Assembly (NCBI GenBank): GCA_951406725.2 | Contig: OX597835.1 | Span: forward strand, 24,428,001-24,492,000 | From: Octopus vulgaris | Lineage: Eukaryota | Reading direction: 5' to 3' | Length of the DNA: 64,000 nt | Shown: piece by piece, positions 27,657-42,093 of the stretch | Position numbering within the stretch: the stretch's first letter is position 1 | How the letters are laid out: each line of letters opens with the position of its first letter | Made by a program: the position numbers and the translations under genes | Notes under the pieces: generated by a model | Databases searched by the model: none | The model's input: the letters and a program-made list of their open reading frames with translations, nothing else | What the model was told of the DNA's origin: nothing

Positions 27657-27911
27657 CTTAGGAAATCTTTCTTGGTGCTGTGGATTAAAAGAATCATAAA
27701 AAGTAGGTTTTATTACATCATCATCATCATCATCAACAGCCAACACCACCACCACCACCACAACCACAACACCAATTAACATAATCAGTATTGCTAACAC
27801 TACCATTACCACCATCATAACAATCACAACTACTGCCATCATCAGCAACATTATCATCATGGTAACCATCATTATCCTCACAATCAGTTCTATCGTCATG
27901 ATCATCATTAT

Positions 27912-28155
27912 TACTCTCTTTTACTCTTTCACTTGTTTCAGTCATTTGACTGTGGCCATGCTGGAGCACCGCATTTTAGTCGAGCAAATCAACCCCAGGA
28001 CTTATTCTTTGTAAGCCTAGTACTTATTCTATCGGTCCCTTTTGCCGAACTGCTAAGTTACGGGGACGTAAACACATCAGCATCGGTTGTCAAGCGATGT
28101 TGGGGGGACAAACACAGACACACAAACATACACACACACACATATATATATATAT

Positions 28156-28200
<45 letters not shown>

Positions 28201-28369
28201 TATATATGACGGATTTCTTTCAGTTTCCATCAATCAAATCCGCTCACAAGGCTTTGGCCGGCCTGAGGTAATAGCAGAAGACACTTGCCCAAGGTGCCAT
28301 GCAGTGGGACTGAACCCGGAACCATGTGGTTCATAAGCAAGCTACTTACCACACAGCCACTCCTATGCC
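27912..28369 (-). mobile_element. SINE family A copy
   Basis: Near-full-length match to 22081-22493. Confidence 0.9.
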
Positions 28370-28681
28370 TATTATCAACATTTCTTCCATCATCCTAATC
28401 ACCACAGCTATTATCATCATCATAATCTTTCAAGACTCATATAGTCGTTGAATGCTCGAAATGAGGAGTAGATAGACAGCCAACAACTGATGAAGGGTCC
28501 TTTCTCTGTGTCTACTTGTCCTGTTTTCCCTCTTTTTCTCATTATTTATATATTTAACTCGTTTGTTTACGTATTTCGTGTTATTTGCACTGTTGCTGAC
28601 GTCCTGTTTTCCCTCTTTTTCTCATTATTTACATATTTAACTTGTTTGTTTACGTATTACGTGTTATTTGCACTGTTGGTG

Positions 28682-28712
<31 letters not shown>

Positions 28713-29024
28713 TACATTATTTATTATGTATGTATGTATTAGAATTTTAGTCGAATGAATTGACCCCAAAATACCTTTTTTATATTTTCTAAGTCTGATA
28801 CTTACTAATAAGATTCTTTTTAAGCCTGACGCCTAATCTTCCAGTCTCTTTTGTCAAATTGTTAAGTTACAAGGGACATAAACAAACCAACATCTATTTA
28901 GGGAGATACTTAAATCAGTAGATAAGATTGTGTGTGTGTGTGTGTGTGTGTAAATATAGATATAGACATTACATATATAAATATATATAGATAGACAGAA
29001 AGATACGCACACACACATATACAA

Positions 29025-29057
<33 letters not shown>

Positions 29058-30011
29058 TAAAAACACACAAACACATGAATATGCAGATTACATACATACA
29101 AATGTACACACATACAGACATATATACATAAGCAAACACATACATGCATAACTACATACATGCATACATACATGCATATATAGGCACACACACACACACT
29201 GAACCGCACACATGCAATAGACAGAGTTAGACACAAACAATAGACAGAGTTAAAACAATTGAAAAAGGTTGCAAGACGCAACGAAAATTTTAGGAAAATA
29301 AGGAAGAAATGAATGGAAATTTTACCAGTGTGTGTGTTAAATTATAAGGCACCACAAGAGAATGACCCTCCCCAGACACAACAGAAAGATAGACAAATAG
29401 AAAGAGAATGGGGACACAAAATAGACAGACAGACAGACAGAATGACTGACAGACAGACAGGTAATGATAGAGCCATCACCATAAGTACATGTCAACTTTC
29501 CAGTTGAGTAGAGATGCCAGTTCAATGGTTGACATTCTATAAACTGGAGCAGGTGGGTTATGAGGCGGGTGGAAGAGGTGGAAGTACAGTAGCAATCTTC
29601 CTCCCACTCTCCCTCATACTCTCTGCACCTCCCCTTTTTCCGCACGCCTGCACCTCAGTGTGTGTGTGTGTATGTGTGGATGTCTGCATATTTGACCTCT
29701 TCACACGACGATATAAATGATACAGTATATTGATTCATATATAAACAATGATAATGAAGACATCTAATCAATAACCAATAATTAGTATGTCAGAGAGTGA
29801 CCTTTATACGTTCATATAAATACACACACACACACGCACGCACGAGCATATATGTGTTTATCTTTCATCTTTCACTTGTTCCAGTTGTTGGACTGTGACC
29901 ATGCTGGAGCACCGCCTCCAGGACTTTAGTTGAACAAATTGACCCCAGTAATTATATATTTTATTCGTCTCTTTTGTTGAATTGTCAAGTTACGAGGGAC
30001 ATAAACAAACT

Positions 30012-30063
<52 letters not shown>

Positions 30064-30186
30064 ATCCAAACAAGAAAACACAAAAAAACACAACAACGCG
30101 AGGACATGGAACAAATATAGTATATATATATTATATATATACAGAAAGATAGACTCCAGTCTAATGTGTGTGTGTATGTATGTATG

Positions 30187-30240
<54 letters not shown>

Positions 30241-30266
30241 CATGTATGTATGTATATATATATATG

Positions 30267-30298
<32 letters not shown>

Positions 30299-30333
30299 TA
30301 TTATGTATGTATATATATGTATGTATGTATGTA

Positions 30334-30401
<68 letters not shown>

Positions 30402-30826
30402 TTAGACTGGGGTCTGGTGCAGTGTTCCAGCATGCCAGCCCAGTCAAACCGTCCAACCCATGCCAGCATGGACAGCAAATGTATGATGATGATGATGATG
30501 AGACACACACACACACATACATATAAGCACATACCTTCATATAAATATGTGCACATATATGCCCAACTACCAATGAAGAGGTTTCTATGTACCTCCTCAG
30601 AGTGTAAGAAATGGCAGCCAAATCTCTCGTGAATCATACACTGGCATCTTGGAAAAGAAGGACACATTGGATGTTGTGGCTTTGGGTGTATTGTGGTGGG
30701 AAAGGGATCGGATGGTCATGGCTGGAATGCCTTTTGGGCATAGAGCTGTTCGATCAGGGCTGACCTAGGGCTAAACAACATCAACAGTCAAAAGACTGTA
30801 CTTGAGAGCATGTGTATGTGTGTGTG

Positions 30827-30861
<35 letters not shown>

Positions 30862-30866
30862 TGTGT

Positions 30867-30929
<63 letters not shown>

Positions 30930-31283
30930 AATGAGAGAGTAAGAGTGTGTGCATGTATACACACAAATGCATACACAAATATTATATACACAGAGAGGAA
31001 TGCATACACATAGACACACACACACACACTCATACATAAAAATAAATGGCAGTGCCCCAGCATGGCCACAGCCTTTGAGCTGGAACACACAAAGGAAATA
31101 AAAGCAATCATATAAATATATACACGTGAATAAATATACATAAAATATGCATACATACATAAATATACATACATGCATTATACATACATATGGCCAGTGT
31201 TAGTTCTACATCATCAGTTTAATGACCAGTTTCAGGCTGGCATGATTTATACATACGTTTATACATAAATACATACATGTAGA

Positions 31284-31361
<78 letters not shown>

Positions 31362-31559
31362 TAGCCACCCATACAATGCACACTTGTGTTCTGAAATATG
31401 AATGTATAATCAGCCATAATCAAACATGTATTCATATGGATATCTATAGTAATAAATACACGTATACATACATGCACACATTTGTGTGCATGCGGGATTG
31501 TGTGTGCATGCATGTGCGTGTGTATATACATTATATATACACACACAAGTATACATACA

Positions 31560-31603
<44 letters not shown>

Positions 31604-34399
31604 CATATGTGTGTGTGCGTTTTTATATATATATATAGATGATGATGATGCTATATATATAAACACACACACACATATGTATGTGTATATAGATAGATAG
31701 ATATAGATAGGAAGATAGATATAGATAGGTAGATAGATAGATATAGATAGGAAGATAGATATTTAGATAAGTAGATAGATGGATAAATAGATATATAAAT
31801 ACGCACACATATGTATACACACACATGTACACATATATATTGCGACATGCACACATATCTATACTGAAACGCAAATGTGTGTGTGTGTGTATGTTTATAT
31901 ATATATGAGAGAGAGAGATGGCTGGATAGATAGACAGAGAAATAGATAAGCAGTTTGATATATATATACACACACACATATATATATGTATGTATGTATA
32001 CACACATATACCTCATCAACTATAACCACCTTGTTAAATCTAATGATGTTGAGGTAGTAGTACTGGTGGATGTGGGGGTAAAATAGGAAGGTTGGTGGGT
32101 GGGTAGGACGTAGGGATTATAGGGATCTCCATGACCCACCCCCTCCTACATAGGCTCAACCTTTTTCTTCCAGTCCAGCTCCTACCACCACCCACTTTTG
32201 GCAACAGAGAGAGAAATAGCTTTTACACTAATCAGATCTACCACTAGAACTGCACCCCCCACACACACACACACGCACCCCACACATCCATCAACACTGC
32301 CTTACTCTCCCCCACCAGCATCATCGTCATCATCATCATCCCCATGGAAACACTGAAATCAGTGACCTTCCTTTATCAAGTTCATCACCTGCTCCCTAAC
32401 ATCAATCACTTAAAAATCACCTCTAGCTGCCCCCCTCCCTTCTCCCTTCCCCAGCTCCTTCCTATTGCGAACCCCCACCACCTCCACTTTCACTCTATGG
32501 AAAGGGTGGGGGTGCAACTCTTGCCACACCTCTTCTGTACCCTATGACCCCTACAAACATAACCTCCACCCCACCTTTTCCACTACAACTCCCAGAATCT
32601 CCTTCTGGGACCTTCTACAAATTTGTTGTTGCTTCTACTGTTTAACCCCAGGTCAGCCCTGATCGAGTCGAACAAAGCTATGATCAAAGGTATTCCAGCC
32701 ATGATCATCCAAATTGATTTCCCATGTGTGCAGGAAAACCAAAACATTATTAAAGGAGTCCTTTTCAAATGCAATATGAGGTCATTTGAGGAAAATTTGC
32801 TTGCTACATCTAGCAAGATGAGTGGCTATGTAGAGGCTCTCTTGTTTGGCTTTGTTTATACGTAGAGGCTTCAGGCTCCTCGTCCTACAAGCTAGAAACA
32901 GCAGTGAAATCTCATATTGTACAAATTAACACTTTAACTGATTTAAAAAATAGAAAAAGGCACAGATAATGAAGTCACAGATCAGTAAAAATGAGAGAGC
33001 CATGGCTGGGATGTCTTTAATCATGTCTGCTGGATTAGGGCTGGGCTGGGCTGCTGGGTCTAAACCACTAGTCTCCTCCCTCCCAGCAACAGCACCACCA
33101 TCACAACACCTTGGTCAACTAAATGTGCAACAAGCAAACAAAGAAGCTTGTATGTGGTTGCTTGATTTGCAAGACATAGTAGTCAAATGCCCCTTAAACT
33201 CAAACACAAGCATTTTCAAAAAGGAAGAACACACTACTTTTAGAGGCTTATTTAACCTTAATTTGAATGTTCTTTGTAAGCCTAGTACTTATTCTATTGG
33301 TGGTCTCTTTTGCTGAACCACTAAGTTACAGGGACATAAACACCAACATCAGTTGTCACACGATGATGGGGGGAGGACAAACAGAGATGCACAAACATAT
33401 ACATATATATATATACACATATATAACAGGCTTCTTTCAGTTTCCGTCTACCAAATACACTCACAAGGCTTTGGTCGGTCCAAAGCTATAGTAGAAGACA
33501 CTTGCCCAAGGTGCCATGCAGTAGGACTGAACCCAGAACCATGTGGTTGTGAAGCAAGCTTCTTACCAACAGCCAGTATGACTCGCCTAGGTTTAATAAA
33601 AATATATCCTAAATTTCTTCAACTAAAACCTTTCAAGGTTGTGCTCCAGAACGTAAAAACAGACAAAAATAAAAATATGTTACACTCTCGGAGTGGTTGG
33701 CGTTAGGAAAGGCATCCAGCTGTAGAAACTCTGTCAGATCAAGATTGAAGCCTGGTGCAGCCATCTGGTTCGCCAGCCCTCAGTCAAATCGTCCAACCCA
33801 TGCTAGCATGGAAAGCAGGCGTTAAACAATGATGATGATGATGATGTTACAATGCCTAATCATTACAAACATTAACGAGTATTTCATGAAATGATTCAAT
33901 TTAAATGACATGGTTTTGATGTCAGTAATTGCTATACCTGTCCAGGTTACTTTCTAATTGCAAAGGTAAAGACATAATAAGTGACACTGTCACTTGACCT
34001 TTCACTAACGACCTTTCTAATGTTTTCTGCAAATACAGATAGATTTTGGCCACCGTTATCCTTCATCTTTTACTTGCTTCAGTCATTAGGCTGCGGCCAG
34101 ACTGGGGCACTACCTTGGAGAATTTTTAGTCAGATGTAGCAACCCCAGCACTTACTTTTGTTTTTTAAAGTCTGGTACTCATTCTATTAGTCTCTTTTGC
34201 TGAACCACTAAGTTATGGTAACGTAAACACACCAACACAGACACAAATAAAAAAGAAAATACACATACATATATATACTTATACAGATATATATATACAA
34301 GTATATATAATATATCTAAATAAATATATGTACATACATATACACACTCATACACATATATACATATAATTATATATATATGTTAGTGTGTGTGTTTGC

Positions 34400-34811
34400 A
34401 TGAGGGTGCTGAAGGGTTCCTAGTTTTGATTAAAAAAAAAAAAGAGGAGGATCAATTAATTATGATTTTATTTAACATATTTCCTTCTCAGATTCACACG
34501 GTTTTTCTAAGCCCTGTAAAAAAATCGGAAGTTCTGAGCATCTAACCAGGCCTTTTGCAATACCCTTAACCCTTTCGTTACTATATTTCTTTTTAGATGC
34601 TTTGTGTTTCTTTCAATTACTTTAAATGTTACAAAGAATTTAGTAAAATGACTTGGTTATCATTAAGATAGTGTTAGGAACATAAATTGTGACTAAGGCT
34701 TGGGGGAATATTTTAATTTAAAACTTATGGAAACAAGACATTTGTACTCAGTCAGAGCCGATTTGATAACGAAAGGGTTAAAGACAGGAACTTTTCAGCA
34801 CCCCCTTGTAA
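34400..34811. mobile_element. Mariner-like MITE with a nested piggyBac-like MITE (34566-34781)
   Basis: Outer TIRs gagggtgctgaagggttcct / aggaacttttcagcacccc; inner TTAAccctttcgtta...taacgaaagggTTAA. Confidence 0.75.
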
Positions 34812-34936
34812 CTACACACACATACACACACAAATATATAAGCACATGCATACATACATATATATATTAAATTCAGCTTATGTTGAAAGTCAACAAAGTT
34901 TGCTTCAGAAGTGTTGAGATGCATTGAAAGATGCAG

Positions 34937-35080
34937 ATAAGAAAATAATTTTATTCTCAAAAGCAGGAGAATGCTAATAATATGGCATGAAAAGGATAAA
35001 CTGCAAAATATGGATAGTTTATCCTTTTCATGCTATATTATTAACATTCTCCTGCTTTCGAGAATAAAATTATTTCCTAT
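34937..35080. repeat. Near-perfect hairpin (~65-bp arms, 13-nt loop)
   Basis: aaataattttattctcaaaagcaggagaatgctaataatatggcatgaaaaggataaact vs its reverse complement with about 4 differences. Confidence 0.85.
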
Positions 35081-35998
35081 ATATATTTATATATATATAT
35101 ATATATATCATCATCATCGTTTAACGTCCGCTTTCCATGCTAGCATGGGTTGGATGGTTCGACCGGGGTCTGGGAAGCCAGGAGGCTGCACCAGGCTCCA
35201 GTCTGATCTGGCAGTGTTTCTATAGCTGGATGCCCTTCCTAACGCCAACCACTCCATGAGTGTAGTAGGTGCTTTTTACATGCCACCAGTACAGGTGCCA
35301 GGCAGGGCTGGCAACGGCCACGATCGGTTGGTGCTTTTTACGTGCCACCAGCACAGAGGCCAGTCAAGGCGGTGCTGGCAAATAGGAAATAATACATACA
35401 TTTCAAAGATTTATCAAAAACAAACAGAAAATTCATAGCTAATCCCTCATCAGTCGACGTCCAAAAAGCCATTACAATTTCGCACCTTTATCAGTGATGA
35501 AGAAATGGGCATATAGGATTGTGTAGTCTATGATAAACTATGTCTGAAATACTTGGAATGGTCATGAATGGAATCTCATTTGAGAAGAAATAGATGTGTT
35601 TGGTCAGAGTTAAACTGGAGCCAAACAACAGTAGTCTATGCATCCGTCTATGTTGCTCCATTCATGTGTCTGTCTGTCTGTCTCTGCCGCTTCATTATCC
35701 TACGTTACACAGTTGTAGCCATTAAAGATGTTCTCCTCCATCACTAGACTCTGCATCCAGCTTGGTGTTCAGTGCACTTGTTGTTGTTGTTGTAGTCAAT
35801 TGATGGAACACCTGTCTTTTTCTCATCCAGGAGGCGGAACATAGGTGGGGGAGAAGTGGTGGTGGTAATAACAGCAGCAAGACACATCACAGAACTTCAC
35901 ACACGCACACATGCACTTCACATAATTTTGTATTGAAGAAAGAGATAGACACATACACACGCAATTGTAGAAATGAAAAGAGTAGCTTAACGAAAGTG

Positions 35999-36029
<31 letters not shown>

Positions 36030-36093
36030 AACACACACACACACATACAAACACACACACACACACATACAAACACACACATACACACACATA

Positions 36094-36152
<59 letters not shown>

Positions 36153-37295
36153 ACACACGCATACACAATGCATTTATGTCTTTCATGATTTTTCTTGCTT
36201 CATTCAGTGGACTGTGGTCATGCTGGAGCACTTCCTTGCAGGGTTTTAATTGAACAAATTGACCCCAAGACTTATTATATGTCTTCTTTTGCTGAACTGC
36301 TAGAAAGACACACACACATATATATACACACACAAGAGGCTTCCACACAGTTTCCATCTACCAAATCCACTCAAAAGGCATTGGTGAGCCCAGGGTTTTT
36401 AGTAGAAGACACCTGCCCAAGGTGCTGCATAGTAGCACTGTACATCTCTGTCCCCCTTCCTGATTCCCTGACCACTCTCTCTGTTATGCTCACCTCCTTG
36501 GACCTTCAGAGTTTGTTCTGGCAGCCTATCACTATCAGTTTGATCTTCTTCCAAGCTAATACTACTCTACTACTCATCCTGATATAATGTGGGATGGCCA
36601 TGTACCTCTTCTATAGCAAGACACCTGTGCTTGTCCCTCTATCACACTTTAGACCAGTGGGTCCCAAAGTGGGTGGTACCACAAGAAACCATGGCCAAAT
36701 CAGATTGAAATCTAGTGCAGCTCCTCAGCTTACTAGCTTTCAGTCAAACTGTCCAACCCATGACAGCATGGAAAACGGACATTAAATGATGATGATGATG
36801 ATGATGATGAATAAATAAGCATTACATTTGATAGAATAATCTGAATGTTAAAGTGTTGATGTTGATGTTGATGATGATGATGATGACAACTCTCTATTTC
36901 CCTCCACTTTCCACCCCAGGACACCACAAGGTGGTGAGTGGGGAAATTAATGCAGAGATTTCTACATCGTGACATGTGATATTCATACAGCCAGCAAAAC
37001 ACTAAGAACAGATCCTGTTGGCAGTAACCTAACACCCAAACCACAAAGCCACTCACCTTCCTTCTCTCTCTCTCACTCTCTCATATACATGGTTGTGTGG
37101 TTAAGAAGCTGAGTTTACAATCATGTTGTTTTGAGTTCAATCTCACTACACACCACCTTAGGCAAGTGTCTTCTACTATATCCCCAGGCCAGGAAAGGCT
37201 AACCATACAAATTAGCTTCATAGACAGAAACTTTGTAGAAGCCGATTATGTGTATGTGTGTTTGTGTATATATATATATATGCATATATGGGTAC

Positions 37296-37540
37296 AGGAC
37301 GTCAAACAAGATGAAATATGAAAACAAATGAGTTAAATACGCAAATAATGAGAGAAAAAAAGGACAAGTAATACAAAGAATGACCCTTCATCAGTTGTCA
37401 GCTGTCTATCTACTCCTGATTTCAAGAGACACCTGACAGCTGATGAAGGGTCATTCTTTGTATTACTTGCGTCTTGTTATTTGCGTATTTAACTCATTTG
37501 TTTTCGAATTTCATGTTGTTTACTGTTGGTGACATCCTAA
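37296..37540. repeat. Fold-back inverted repeat in TA-rich context
   Basis: Arms ~37296-37402 / ~37432-37540 (acaagtaatacaaagaatgacccttcatcag vs ctgatgaagggtcattctttgtattacttg); same family at 28440-28680 and 39435-39580. Confidence 0.75.
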
Positions 37541-37602
37541 ATGTATATATATATATATATATAACAAAGTAGAGTTGTGGGGTACCGCACGAGTGGAATT
37601 AT

Positions 37603-37797
37603 ATATGAAAGAAGGTTTGAAAATGCAATTTAAAAGATGTTTATTTACTTTACCGGTTTCACTCTTTGGATAAAGATTGTTAAAACCAATAATTAACGCA
37701 ACCAAACTTCCACATGTTACTTTTGACAATCTTTTTCCAAAGAGTGAAACCGGTAAAGTAAATAACATCTTTTAAATTGCATTTTCAAACCTTCTTC

Positions 37798-37803
<6 letters not shown>
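37603..37803. repeat. Fold-back inverted repeat with hammerhead remnants
   Basis: About 80-bp arms (gaaggtttgaaaatgcaatttaaaagatg...taccggtttcactctttgga and reverse complement) flanked by (TA)n. Confidence 0.8.
37717..37761 (+). ncRNA. Degenerate minimal hammerhead motif inside a fold-back element
   Basis: ttactt-TTGACAA-tcttt-ttcc-aaaga-gt-GAAA-ccgg-TA-aagtaa; perfect 6-bp stem I and palindromic ACCGGT, but two core transitions from CTGACGA. Confidence 0.5.
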
Positions 37804-37845
<42 letters not shown>

Positions 37846-37885
37846 TATATTATTATTTAATTGAAAGTCATGCATCCATTTCCAA

Positions 37886-37931
<46 letters not shown>

Positions 37932-38615
37932 TGGTATGAAACTGAGTATTCCCATTTGGTTGATAACTGATGAAGAATGAAGGACCTTCTGTGTTCGTCT
38001 CACATCTGGTTGTACACTCGGTATACATTATGTCATTTGTCTATTTACCATACATTTTTTTCATTTATTATATATCTTTCATCTTTTACTTGTTTGAGTC
38101 ATTAGACTGCAGCCATGCTGGGGCACCGCCCTGAAGAACATTTTTTTAGTCAAGTAAATCAACCTCAGGACTTATTTTTTAAAGCCTGGTACTTATTCTA
38201 TTAGTCATTTTTTGTCAAACCGCTAAGTTATAGGGATGTAAACACACCAACACAGGTTGTCAAGAGGTGGTGGTGGGGAACAAACATGGACACAAAGACA
38301 CACACACATATATATATGACTGGCTCCTTTCAGTCACAATCATCAACATTCTTGTTTAAGAATAATAAATCTATACTCTACAAAAGTATAGAGTGACCCA
38401 TCGGATTAATGTAAAATTGTTTTTATTATGACTGAACATAAAAACAAACATTAATATACAGATACATATATATATATACACACACACACACATATATACA
38501 CACACACACACATATATATATACACACACACACATATATACACACACACACACACACATATATATATACACACACACATATACACACACACATATATACA
38601 CACACATATACACAC

Positions 38616-38692
<77 letters not shown>

Positions 38693-39275
38693 CACACACA
38701 CATATATACACACACACACATATATACACACACACACATATATATACACACACACACATATATACACACACACACATATATACACACACACATATATATA
38801 CACACACACACACACACACATATATATACACATACACACACACATATATATATAATCTCACAAATATGCATTCATATCCTATAGCATATAATCCAGTTAA
38901 ATTAAAATTATAGTGACATTATAAAACATGATATGTTATAGCATGTTATTAAGGAGATAGGGGTTTTCTAACATGAAAACGGCTGAGACATTCCTGCCAG
39001 TATTGAGAATGTACATAATCCACAAGGGAAAACAGATTAACTACTCTAGGTATTAAGAAGATAGAAAAGTGTGAAAATATATATGAACATTCTTGTATTT
39101 CTGTTTTTTATTAATTGAAAATGTTAATTACAAGTGTTAGTATTTGCAGAATTAAATGCATAATTGATTGCATATGTATACAATATATATGTATAGGTCT
39201 ATCTATCTATATATAGATATATACACTATATATATACACACACACACATATATATACACACACACATATATATAT

Positions 39276-39348
<73 letters not shown>

Positions 39349-40429
39349 TACACACATGTATATATGTATCTATCTACATAGACATCCACAAACACATATA
39401 TATACATATAAATAATATATAAATACATACGCGCATATATGGGTACAGGACGTCACCAACGGTTCAAACAACATGAAATACGTAAACAACAAGAAAAAAA
39501 TGGAAAACAAGACAAGTAAACAGAGCGAAAGGATTCTTCATCAGTTGTTGGCTGTCTATCTAATCTTCATTTTGAGCATATGTATATGTGTATATATATA
39601 TATACATAAAAAGCACCCACTACATTCTCGGAGTGGTTGGCGTTAGGAAGGGCATCCAGATCAGACTGGGCCTGGCGCAGCTTTCTGGCTTCCCAGACCC
39701 CTGTTGAACCGTCCAACCCATGCTAGCATGGAAAACGGATGTTAAACGATGATGATGATGATATATATATATATATATATAAAAACATATACATATATAC
39801 ATACATGCACACACACACACATATATATATACACATAATATTTATGTATATATAAATATATATTTATAGAGATAGATTAATATAGTGTGTGTGTGTCTGC
39901 AGGGTGCAGCAGGATTTTGCATATGTAGGGAGCAGCAGGATTTTGTGAACAGATTTTAGCATAGCATAAACGGAAGATGACCTAAAGTGAATTATGTTGC
40001 AACATGTGGTAAATTTTAAACTGCTCATTTCTCTCTGAGACCTAGCCATAACATCAACACTGAAGATACCAATCTGACATGAGAAACGAAAAAAGCACAC
40101 CACACTCGTAACTCTAACTATCAACCACAGCAGCATGGAGCTTGCCTGCTTTTTGAAACATGGCTTACACCTTAGTGTGTTCAGGGTTGAGAAAGAATTG
40201 AACACCTCTGACAGGAATATGTTGCCTTCCATCATCATCATCATTTAATGCCCATTGCCCATGCTGGCATGGGTTGGACGGTTTGACTGAAAACTGGTAA
40301 GCTGCACCAGGTTCCAGCCTGATTTGGTAAGGTTTTCTATGGCTGGATGCCCTTCCTGTCTACCAAATCCATTTACAAGGCTTTGGCTAACAGAAACTAA
40401 TGAGGATAGTTGAGTGCACCCAGGAAGCC

Positions 40430-40590
40430 TAAGCCACCAATGATAACCACAGCAGGATCAATGAGAGCCATCGCTAAGAAATTCAAGGTGGTGGAGCCCA
40501 CAATCAAACATGTGCTGCACAAAGAGATCAGGTACAAGCCCTACATGGTGAGGAGAGGGCAACTCATGTGTAGCAAGACCAGAGAGGACT
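40430..40590 (+). mobile_element. Tc1/mariner-superfamily transposase HTH fragment
   Basis: SMRAIAKKFKVVEPTIKHVLHKEIRYKPY..RRGQLM. Confidence 0.6.
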
Positions 40591-41724
40591 GGGCAATCAC
40601 TTCATCCCTAGCCCTCCACCTTAACGTCAAGTGTCCTAGTTATCCTGAAGTCCCTGGACACCTACCTGCATCGGAGGGGTAGCAGGGTTGAAGTGACCAG
40701 CTGGTACCAAGAGCTCATAGGAAACACCATCTATTGGAGTGGCCCTCAACTGGGGTCCATATAAGGTTTTGCTGCCAAACTTTATCTATAATAAAATGGT
40801 TCTACTTCTGCAACGCACAAAATATTTTAACAATTTTTAAAATATAATTCCTAAAAATATATAATCATCATCATCATCATAATCGTTTAACGTCCATTTT
40901 CCATGCTAGCATGTGTTGGACGGTTCAACTGGGGTCTGGGAAGCCAGAAGGCTTCACCAGGCTCCAGTCTGATCTGGCAGTGTTTCTACAGCTGGATGCC
41001 CTTCCTAACGCCAACCACTCCGTGAGTGTAGTGGTGCTTTTTACGTGCCACCTGCACAGGGGCCAGACGAGGCTGGCAAACGGTTACGATCGAATTGGTG
41101 CTTCATGGCTGTTTGCCAGCCTCGTCTGGGATTTTTAAAAGCTTCAAATGGTCATGGGGGTTCATAAGAGTATAATAGGAATCAAAGAGGTCCACAGACA
41201 AAAACATGGTCGAGAACTGCAGATCTATAGCATTGTGGGCGGAGCAGCTCGTCTTGACATGCAGTCGCTTCCATTGTTGCATATGAGCTGAGAATGGTTT
41301 TGTTGTATAGCTTTGTTACTTTGGTGTATTCGGTCGATTACATCTGCATTTTTACTCAGCGTAGGTGGTTGTTTCTGGTTTTTTCTTTGCTTTTGTTTCT
41401 TTTTTGTTTTGTTGTTCATAGTTGCTTGGTGCACCCTGTGTACACTCACACACACACATTTTATGATTAACTGTAAGCAAATGAAGCTAATGATGTAATT
41501 CTCGTTTCTTTCTCATTCAGTAATATATGCTTACATAATTACACACACAGACAATGCTAAACTATAGACACACATAGACACACACACATATGCCTACACA
41601 TGTGTGAGACACAGTTCACTGTTTTGTGCAAATAACACCAATTAAGAGCTAACTTGTAGCGTGACAACTTGCGCATTCAATGCTAGGACTGCAAACCTGA
41701 TGTAACATGATGATGATATATATA

Positions 41725-42093
41725 TCTCTCTATATATAAACGGCAGTTTGTCTGTGTGTGTTTCTGTGTGTCTGTTATGTTGTACCCTCACCCTGACCAC
41801 GGCTTTCAACCGATTCTGATGAGACTTGACACACACATAGCCCAATGTCATAATTCAAAACTAACGCAGCGAAAATTTTGAAAAGTTCCCCCAGTTCTGA
41901 AAAAAATCGATAAATTCGACATGGGGTCGAGAATCAGAAACACAAACCACAGACTGTCTAGGGGACGCAACTCGACCTTTTTAACTAAAAAAAATTTACC
42001 ATAATTTTTTCCCATTTTTTGGCTATAACTCTCTAAAAATGCTTTATAGTTATTTCCCTTACAAACCCGAGCAACGCCGGGCGATACTGCTAG
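41725..42093 (+). mobile_element. Non-autonomous Helitron
   Basis: A|TCTCTCTATATATAAA 5' end, subterminal hairpin cccgagcaacgccggg, 3' CTAG|T, no TSD. Confidence 0.88.

Noticed and set aside
37045-37062. Strong minus-strand donor AAG|GTGAGT
   Set aside because: Preceded only by (GA)n and a SINE; no supportable exon.
41225-41455. 76-aa minus-strand ORF in unique sequence
   Set aside because: No recognisable homology or compatible splice sites; partly low complexity.
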